Of a DNA stretch of 64,000 nucleotides, positions 55,876 to 64,000 are shown one piece after another; position 1 is the stretch's first letter; each line of letters opens with the position of its first letter. A program made the translations under genes and the position numbers. The notes under the pieces were generated by a model. It ran no database searches. It had not been told where the DNA came from and saw only the letters and a list, made by a program, of their open reading frames with translations. The DNA comes from Pachysolen tannophilus NRRL Y-2460 (lineage: Eukaryota), in the NCBI GenBank assembly GCA_001661245.1, contig KV454012.1, positions 826,848 to 890,847 of the forward strand. The letters run 5' to 3'.

Positions 55876-57795
55876 TCAGGCTAGAGGGGTGATGGGAGGG
55901 GGGGAAGAAGTTTTAGGAACTGGTGTTGGTGTAAGTGTAGGAGGTGTTGGCGGAGAAGAAGCATTTTCAGAATGCTCTCCAGAATGATTATCTTTTTGTT
56001 CCAAAGATTCTGTATGGTCTTGATCATGGTCTTTGTCTTGGTCTTGATCTTTATCTTGACCTTCTTGTTGTTGATTATGGTCTTCGGCCGTGGTAATACT
56101 TCCACTTGCACTTCCACTAATGCTTTCTATTTCATCTTCCTTTTTTTTATTTCTCTCTTCTTCATCAATACATGTTAATCCATGATCTTTTAAAAAAAAA
56201 GAGGTTAATAAACAGAGAATCATTAATGGGAACCAAAGATAAAAGATATTTTTAATGGCGTCCATGAAATATTGCTGGACAATAGAGACTTCAGAAGGAT
56301 CTATACTGCTTATATCAATCTTAGAATATAAATTATCTTCAATATAAATCTTGGTAGATGAAGATAAATTCTCATCAGCATTAACTTTATTCAATATTGT
56401 ATTCGAATAAATTAAAGAACAAAATGCCAAACCAACTGCACCACCAAATGATCTAACAACATTTCTTATTGAAATTACAACTGATCTATCAGAAAGTTTG
56501 GCATGAGATTGAGCTGCAACTAAAGTTGGTTGGAAAATACAACCATTTCCAATTCCAATAACAATACAAATGAATACACAACCAACAGGTGGTGTATCAA
56601 CTTCCCATAATAATAATAATCCTGTCCCCAAAGTTTGGAAACAATAACCAATAATCACAACATGAATAAAATGTTTAACCATAGATATAATAAAACCAGA
56701 AGCTATACCGCAAATTGCTTGAGTTAATAAAACTGCCAATGTAAAACAAGATGTGACATTTGTTGAATAACCTCTAACAATTTCAAAATAATATGCAAAG
56801 AAATATGAAGTTGAAAAAAAATTTAAACCAAAACAAAAAGATTGAAGATAAATAAGATTTAAAGATCTATTATTAAATAACCGTATTGGAATTAATGGTA
56901 ATTTAGCTATTTTCCATTCCACAATGACAAACATAATTAAGCATAAACCACCACTTATAAACATTCCAATAACTAATCCACTATCCCATTCATAGATTGA
57001 ACCACCACCATTAATAGGTATTAAAAATAAAATTAAACCTGCAGTACTGAAAAAAAACCAATAAAATCTATATTTTTGATTTTTTCCATCTTAGAAATAG
57101 GGGCCTTAGAACCTGGTACTATAAACCAAGTTATAACGGCTGCAATAATAAATAATGGACAAAGCATATGATAAAAATCCCTCCATGAAGCACCAACTAT
57201 AAAACCAGAACAAATAAAGGGACCTAAACCATTCCCTAATCCAACAAAAGAACCTAATATTCCTTGGTACTTTCCTCTTTGTTCTAAAGTCACAATATCA
57301 GAAACAATAACCATTGTTAAACTGGTTATACCTGCTTGGCCCACGCCGCTAAATGCTCTAAAAACATATAACATTACACCACTATTTGAAAATCCACAAA
57401 TTAAATCAGAAATCGACATTATTATCATTGACAGAATTAAAACACTTTTTCTACCAAAAATGTCAGAAAATCTTCCAAATAAAACTTGGAAAACAGTATT
57501 AGCAATTAAAGCAGAGGTGCCTCGCCCAACTTATTGTCTTTTCTGCATTTATAGATTCTGCAATATAAGGTAAAGCTATAGTAATTCCAGTTTGATCAAC
57601 AAATGCAAAAAAAAGTGCACAAGACATTCCAAGTAATACTGTGATTAATTTCTTACCAGTAAGTCTATGCAAATGAGCATCACCTAATTTATCATCTAAT
57701 GCTTCAGTACTGCTCGGTTTTTGTACATTTTGAGACTCTTTATCAACAAATCTATGAGTTAATCCCTCACTATTATCTCTGAATGATGTACTCAT
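55876..57795 (-). CDS. DHA2-type MFS transporter, paralog A; needs +1 at 57522 and one extra T at 57050-57057 (about 639 aa)
   Basis: Three ORF pieces are collinear with paralog B: FVDQTGI..ALP, ISWA|GTSALIANT, GRFSDIFGRK, VSDIVTLEQRGKYQG, IFQPTLVAAQ, RNVVRSFGGA. Confidence 0.85.
57519..57525 (-). other. candidate +1 ribosomal frameshift heptamer GCG-AGG-C (paralog A)
   Basis: The 0 frame TGG GCG AGG CAC stops at 57499. The +1 frame GGC ACC TCT restores SWAGTS. Confidence 0.8.
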
Positions 57796-58586
57796 TTTCC
57801 AAAATTATTTCCTATTTTCCAGAAATCCAAATTTTAAAAATTTAATTTCTTTTAAAAAAAAAAATACTTAAATAATTCTCAATTCAAATTTCTCAAAATA
57901 AAGTCGGATGGATATACCCTTTATATATATATATATATATATACTCATATATGTACGTCTATTTTTCTTCTCGGTTCCCCTATATCGGCTAGTAATTTTT
58001 AAAGATAAAAAGTGTGTTAATGATTTCTCAAAATGACATCACAATATTCTCCCTAGCCCTACTGTCAAGTCCATCCACCATCTATATTATGCTGTTTAAC
58101 TAACATTCTTCTTCTAGTATGAATATTCTAAGTTATGGTACAATTCCTGACTAATTCCAAAGCGGTTTCTGGTCAGTTGACTGCAACCTTCCGAAGTGTG
58201 GTTTCGGACTTATTCCCTTTTAGGAAAGTACTACGAGATATCGGATAAAAAAAATTTTCCGGACGTTATCTTTTTATATAAAGAACTTTAATGGAAAAAG
58301 CTTGTTAAATGCTTACTTATTACATTTAATTATTGTTAATAACGCAGAGGAAAAGAAAGGTTTTTTTTTTTTTTTTTTTTGTATTTTTGTATTTGAAAAC
58401 TAAAGTCTTGATGAATAATGAAATAAAATATTATACTATACTCCTTTCAGGTCAAGTCCCTGATTTTTGTAAAATGATTATGTCCGTGAAAAAAAAAGAG
58501 AGACTTAAATTTTGAAAAAAATTAGGCATATTTATTCAGCCGCACAGGGTTTTACTGCATATAACAGCATGCGAATTTATTAGTTT

Positions 58587-60480
58587 CTAGTGAGGATTAA
58601 TACTGAATTTGTTGTTGTGCCGTGTATTATTTTTTGCCATAGTTAGGTCTTCGATATCGCTGGGCATATTTTTTGAGGATATTGATTCATTTTGAAAAGC
58701 GTGAGATCCTGTGGTGCTTTCATCATCATCATCATCATCATCATCATCGTTATCATCGTTATCGTTATTGTTATCGTTATCTTTATCGTTATCTTCATTG
58801 GAGTAACATTCATCATTTTGCTCGTCAGGGTCATCGATGCATTTTAAACCATGATCTTTTAAAAAGACAGAGGTACATAGACAAAACAGCATTAATGGAA
58901 ACCAAAAATAGAAAACGTTTTTGAGTGATTCCATATAATATCTTTTCGTTGCTATAACTTCTGACAGTTGAATTTGAGACAATGAAATTTGAGAATAAAT
59001 ATGTTTTTTAATATAATTCTTTGTATTTTGCGATAAATGACTATCTGAATCGATTTTCTTCAATAATGAATTTGAATATATTAAAGAACACAATGCTAAT
59101 CCTATGGCTCCTCCAAAAGATCTGACAACGTTTCTCATAGAAATTACCACTGATCGATCTGCCAATCTCGAATGGGATTGAGCAGCAACTAGTGTAGGCT
59201 GGAAAATACATCCATTACCAATTCCAATGGTAATACAAATAAATACACACCCAACAGGGGTGGTATCCTCTTTCCATAAAAGTAATAACCCATAACCTAA
59301 AGTTTGCAAACAATATCCTGTAGTAATGACCTGTCTGAAATGCTTAAGCCTTGTCAATATATATCCACTTATTATTCCAGCCAGTGATTGAGTAAAAAGA
59401 GCTGCCAGAGTAAAACAAGAGGTTATTAAAGCTGAATAACCACGAACAATTTCAAAATAGTAAGAAAAGAAATATGGGAGAGAAAAATAAGTTATTCCAA
59501 AGAAAAATGTATGAAGAAATATAATATTCAACGAATTATTTTTAAATAAATGTAATGGGATTAATGGTAACTTGGCAACCTTCCATTCTACTAGGAAAAA
59601 CGTAATCAAGCATAATCCACCAGAAATAAACATTCCAATTACTATCCCACTATTCCATGGATATAAAGACCCACCTCCATTAATGGGGATCAAAAATAGA
59701 ATCAAACCTGCGGTACTGAAAAAAAACCCAATATAATCAATTTTTTTAATTTTTTCCATTTTAGAAATTGTTGGCTTGGAATTTGGAACAATATACCAAG
59801 TTACCACAGCAGCAATAATAAATAAAGGACAAAGCATATGATAAAAATCTCTCCATGAGGCTCCTTTAATAAATCCAGAGCAAATAAAAGGACCTAATGC
59901 ATTACCAAGGCCAATAAAACCACCAATAATACCTTGATATTTACCTCTTTGTTCAAGGGTGATGATGTCAGAAACAATAACCATTGTCAAACTACTGATT
60001 CCCCCTTGTCCAATACCACAAAATGCTCGAAATACATACAACATAATACCATTAGTGCAAAATCCACAAACAAGATCAGAAATTGATAATATAAGCATCG
60101 ATGCAATCAAGACGTTTTTTCTACCGAAAATATCTGCAAATCTTCCGAATAAGACTTGAAAAACGGTGTTAGCAATTAAATTAGAGGTGCCTCGCCCAGC
60201 TAATGGTATCTTCTGCATGCAAAGATTTAGCCATATGTGGCAAGGCTACACTAATACCAGTTTGATCAACAAAACCAAAAAAAATTGCAGAAGCTAATCC
60301 TAATAACACAGTAATTAATTTTTTACCTGTAAGCCTATTCAAATGTGCATTACTCAATTTTTCATCTAAAGGTTGATTTTCGTTATTTTCTTGCTTCTCA
60401 ATGATTTGTGATTCAGTGAAATTTAGTTTTTCACCTTGACAAAATGCTTTGTTTCCCATTTCTTGGCTTGAAGCACTCAT
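58587..60480 (-). CDS. DHA2-type MFS transporter, paralog B; needs only the +1 shift at 60192 (630 aa)
   Basis: ORF 60480-60181 (N-terminus plus TM1) overlaps the ORF ending at 58587; they join as ISWA|GTSNLIANTVFQVLFGRFADIFGRK. Confidence 0.88.
60189..60195 (-). other. candidate +1 ribosomal frameshift heptamer GCG-AGG-C (paralog B)
   Basis: The 0 frame reads TGG GCG AGG CAC CTC TAA. The +1 frame GGC ACC TCT AAT continues the transporter. Confidence 0.82.
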
Positions 60481-62167
60481 TTCTACTTATTTAACGAAAG
60501 AAAATATATTAATCTTTTTTTTGCGTTTCTTTATGATTTTTTCCTTCAAAAATCAATGATTCAATAAATAACTATAAACTAAAGAAATATTTATACTATT
60601 TTATAACAAAAAAAGAAATCTTTTTACTTAAATTGAGATTTAAAAACGTACAATGTATTTCTTTTATCTTTGAGAATCAAGTTAATTTCTTAAATTGCAG
60701 TTCCACGATTGGAAAGTTATTTCAAAATTGCGGTATTAATTCTTGTTTACCAAAGCCAAGAAGTAAAGTGCTCAATCTGCAACAACTATACGCCATGATG
60801 GTGATCTCAACTTATCTGAATAGGGTATAACTTTGAATCAAAGGTTTTCCACTTGAAGAAGTATCTTTTTTTTTTTTTTCATTGCTTGGACATAGTTAAA
60901 ATTGGAATTTAACATGCATAACCTCGGATTCCTTTGGCTTTAAGATTTTTTTTAATTTTTTTTTTTGTTAAATCGATATATTTGCTTATCACTTCACCAT
61001 AGCCATTATCTATTTATCAATCATAAGAACCAAAAAAAAAAGAAACCTCTTTTTGCGAGTTTTTGAGTTTTTGGGTTTTCTTAAAACCCTTAAAAAAATG
61101 TACCACAATCATCAATAATGCATCATTATGCACGAGAGTCATCTGCTACTGCAGATACTCACTATTGAAAATATAACGGTAGTTTCTGTTATTACCCGTT
61201 TATTCTCATCTGGGTTGAGTTATAAATTATACTTGCTGGGTATTAAATGCTTCTCTCACGTTGGCATAAATAACTTTATTTCCTTTTGTTGTTTTGTTAT
61301 ATTGGTTAAAACATTAGAGTTAAACTATTAACGGGTAAAGCTTTTCTTTAAAAAAAAACTAATTCTAGACTCTTTAACAGAAAAAAAATCTACCAGTTAC
61401 CTCAGATGAAATGTCAGAAAGTATAGATAAAACAATATACCTTGAAAGCAAAATAACTAAAAAAGTTAAAAAAGAAGTTTGGAAGGGAATGAGCGTTTTT
61501 TTTTTTATTTCCCTTTTTCCCCCTTTTTTGTTTTGCCTTTTTTTGCTGGTGAAACCTTCAGGAAAGAGAAAAATAAAGTGTAGAAGCAAATAGTTCTTTG
61601 TACTTTATATTTTCGAAAGATTGACTGAACTGCCGACTTCAAAATAAATCTTTGCTCAAAATGAACTCTTTTATTAACAATTAAAATCCATAGAAATCTT
61701 TATTGGCGATTTTCCAAGTCAATTCAAGTGAATACTGTTATTTGGGGATAATTATGGACTTTAAATAAAAATCAATACAGGGATCTTACTCTAATGTTTG
61801 GGAAGGGTTCTTTTCCCCACATTCTTTATCTCACTAAACAATAATTAGAACTGGAACCTAATATTTTAATTCTTAAAATAGAACTTTTCAATATATAGCT
61901 TCACAGCGGTAAAATAATTTCAAAAATTAAGAAAAAAAGCATGAACCAAGACAATAGTAATTTTCAAATTTTTTGTCTTCACTATCAATCAAAAGTTAAC
62001 CTTGCAATCAACCAAGACAATTCCCATCTCGGAAAACCATCCAAAATTAACTATTTAAAAAAAAATTAATGCCCTAATTCCTTCTAACCTTACTATTTCT
62101 TTATCTTTATCAGCTTGATCCGATTACATCAGCTTTAACATATCAAAAGAGTGGTTACAGGTTCGCG

Positions 62168-62220
62168 GTTGGTGGATCGTTGGTGGATCGTTGGCGGTCA
62201 CTTGGCGGTCACTTGGCGGA
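62168..62220. repeat. GC-rich 11-bp tandem repeat upstream of GPI2
   Basis: GTTGGTGGATC twice, then GTTGGCGGTCA, CTTGGCGGTCA and CTTGGCGGA. Confidence 0.75.
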
Positions 62221-62429
62221 GCTGTTACTGAGCCCGAGAAAGGTCTCCAAGGCAAGTTGGCAAACACAGCCCCTGTAAGCTTGAATGTGTTGCAGCGCCC
62301 CAATGTTTTTGACTGGTTCACGTTTTGACCCTATTTCAAGATCAGTGAGGAATTATTAGTATGTGTGAATAATGAAAGTATGCTTGATATATATATTGGT
62401 GGTAGAGTATTCAACGATATGAATGGATA

Positions 62430-63623
62430 ATGAGAACCTCCTCATCTCCTCCTGTGCTAAGAAGGCCAAAAGATTTGAAGAATGTTGATATTCCTAAGAT
62501 AGAGATTAATGATGTTGAAAATGATTTTGCATTAGATGGGTTAAAAGATTCTCCGTCGGTTAAAGTTAGAAAGGATTCCATAAGGTCTACATATTCTTCA
62601 CGACAACAACAGTGGAAAAAATTGTTGTGGTTGAATCAAAATTATCCAGATAATTACACTGATGAGGAATTTTTATCGCAGTTAAAAAGAAATACCACAG
62701 TCGTTAACTATTCATACTGGAAACTTATGAATGATTTTTCATTAATAGTACTACACTTGTCAACTATTATCTTGGTTATTTTGATCTTCTATGGTTATTA
62801 CAACTTGAATTGGAATCCTTTAAAACCTGTTTGTATTAGTTCATCGGTGACTTTGATTTCATATTTTATTTATCATGTTAAGGATAATGAAATTAATAGT
62901 AGGAAATTAGAAATTAGTAATGGTAATCATAATCATTATTCTGGTCATGATTTTTTAAGTACTTTGAAATCCACAGTGTTGTTGTTGCTTATATTGTTAA
63001 TTTTATCCCCAGTTTTTAAATCATTAACGAATTCGACTTCCTCTGATAGTATATGGGCATTGTCAACATGGTTATGTATTTTGAATATTTTATTCAATGA
63101 TTATAGTGTTGATTTAGAGGATAGTACTAATCGTACTACTAATAGTACGGGATCTAATAATGATATTACAAATAATGGAAATGGATTTGTTTCCACTCAT
63201 AATCACATCAATAGTATTCAAGAAAGTAATAATAATAACTCAAATTTATCAAAAAATTTATCTCTTTCAAATGCAATTGTGTTAGCATCAAGATTAAATT
63301 CAAATCTCTCAGTTTTCTGTTTTGTATTATTTTCCATTCAAATCAACGGATTATTTCCAATTTTCAATAACTTTACAAGAAAATATTATCATTTTAGAAA
63401 ATTCCATTATTTCCAATTTTTCTCCATAAATTGCATTGTTGATTACCTCTTAGTATTCAAATTTGGATGGATAAAAATTTTTTTGATTTGGTTTTCATTA
63501 AAAATTTTGATCATGTTTATCATGCCATACTATTTCATTTTTTTGCAAAAATATAAAGATGAATTACAAGGACCTTGGGATCCGGCTAAACCTGTTATTA
63601 AAAACGTTAATATTAACATATAG
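62430..63623 (+). CDS. GPI2: GPI-GlcNAc transferase subunit (PIG-C)
   Basis: WKKLLWLNQNYPDNYTD..F, LSPVFKSLT.STSSDSIWA, AIVLASRL, LQKYKDELQGPWDPAKP. Confidence 0.95.
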   Translation: MRTSSSPPVLRRPKDLKNVDIPKIEINDVENDFALDGLKDSPSVKVRKDSIRSTYSSRQQQWKKLLWLNQNYPDNYTDEEFLSQLKRNTTVVNYSYWKLMNDFSLIVLHLSTIILVILIFYGYYNLNWNPLKPVCISSSVTLISYFIYHVKDNEINSRKLEISNGNHNHYSGHDFLSTLKSTVLLLLILLILSPVFKSLTNSTSSDSIWALSTWLCILNILFNDYSVDLEDSTNRTTNSTGSNNDITNNGNGFVSTHNHINSIQESNNNNSNLSKNLSLSNAIVLASRLNSNLSVFCFVLFSIQINGLFPIFNNFTRKYYHFRKFHYFQFFSINCIVDYLLVFKFGWIKIFLIWFSLKILIMFIMPYYFIFLQKYKDELQGPWDPAKPVIKNVNINI

Positions 63624-63772
63624 TATAAACAAATGATTTAATCTATTAAAATCATCACTTTGTATTATAATTGTTTAACTGAATTTTTTTTTTTTGTCCT
63701 TTTCTTTTCTATTTTGCTATACAAGTACATATTAAAAGCGTTGCATTAATACAAAAAACAAAATTTTTTTGG

Positions 63773-64000
63773 CTAATTATTAAACACACCACCAGCAAGA
63801 CATAAATTTCGTCTTGTGAAATGAACTTTATAAACAGGGGTTTTCTTTGTAAAATAAACGGCCATATGATCATTAGTAGCAACTACCTCTCTTCTTCTTC
63901 TTTGTTCTTCAGCTTTTGCTTCTTCCAGCTTTTGCAGCAGAACGTTGTTACCGTTGGCACCCGCACCCTCACCTGCACCTCCAGTGACAGAAATAGAAGA
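63773..64000 (-). CDS. 3' end of a protein-coding gene that continues beyond the window
   Basis: Open frame from the window edge: ...EEQRRRREVVATNDHMAVYFTKKTPVYKVHFTRRNLCLAGGVFNN then TAG at 63775-63773. Confidence 0.7.
   Translation of the reverse strand, partial: SSISVTGGAGEGAGANGNNVLLQKLEEAKAEEQRRRREVVATNDHMAVYFTKKTPVYKVHFTRRNLCLAGGVFNN

Noticed and set aside
60181..60218. An intron or the internal ATG at 60218 as the explanation for the MFS frame break
   Set aside because: Family homology is contiguous across SWA|GTS with exactly one surplus base and no splice signals. The 60218 ATG has no counterpart in paralog A and would delete TM1.

Overview
AT-rich budding-yeast (Saccharomycotina) chromosomal window with about 25 protein genes, two assembly gaps, and no tRNA, rRNA or transposon that I can support. 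CTG codons fall on conserved Ala positions (Mig1 CDK[CTG]FHRLEH, Clf1 ER[CTG], Glk1 V[CTG]ALAND), which points to a CUG-Ala yeast (Pachysolen-like, genetic code 26). Gene order: ERG1, Sip4/Cat8-type Zn2Cys6 factor, GLK1, MNS1, THI7-like NCS1 permease, STR2, ATP18 (spliced, missed by the ORF track), EFM3, DAL2, NRDE/TANGO2 protein, small ORF, CLF1, TilS-like synthetase, MIG1, spliced GPI-anchored wall protein, MET17, membrane protein, TIS11/CTH-like, GCN1, APSES factor, MDS3, two tandem DHA2 MFS transporters, GPI2 and a partial gene. Two observations stand out. (1) Both diverged MFS paralogs are broken at the same point by the identical motif TGG-GCG-AGG-C. This combines the Ty3/OAZ1 P-site codon GCG with the Ty1/ABP140 A-site AGG-C and is a strong candidate for a programmed +1 ribosomal frameshift controlling a transporter. 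(2) A clean 820-bp inversion (18678-19497) breaks both DAL2 and EFM3, and flipping it back restores both genes in frame.
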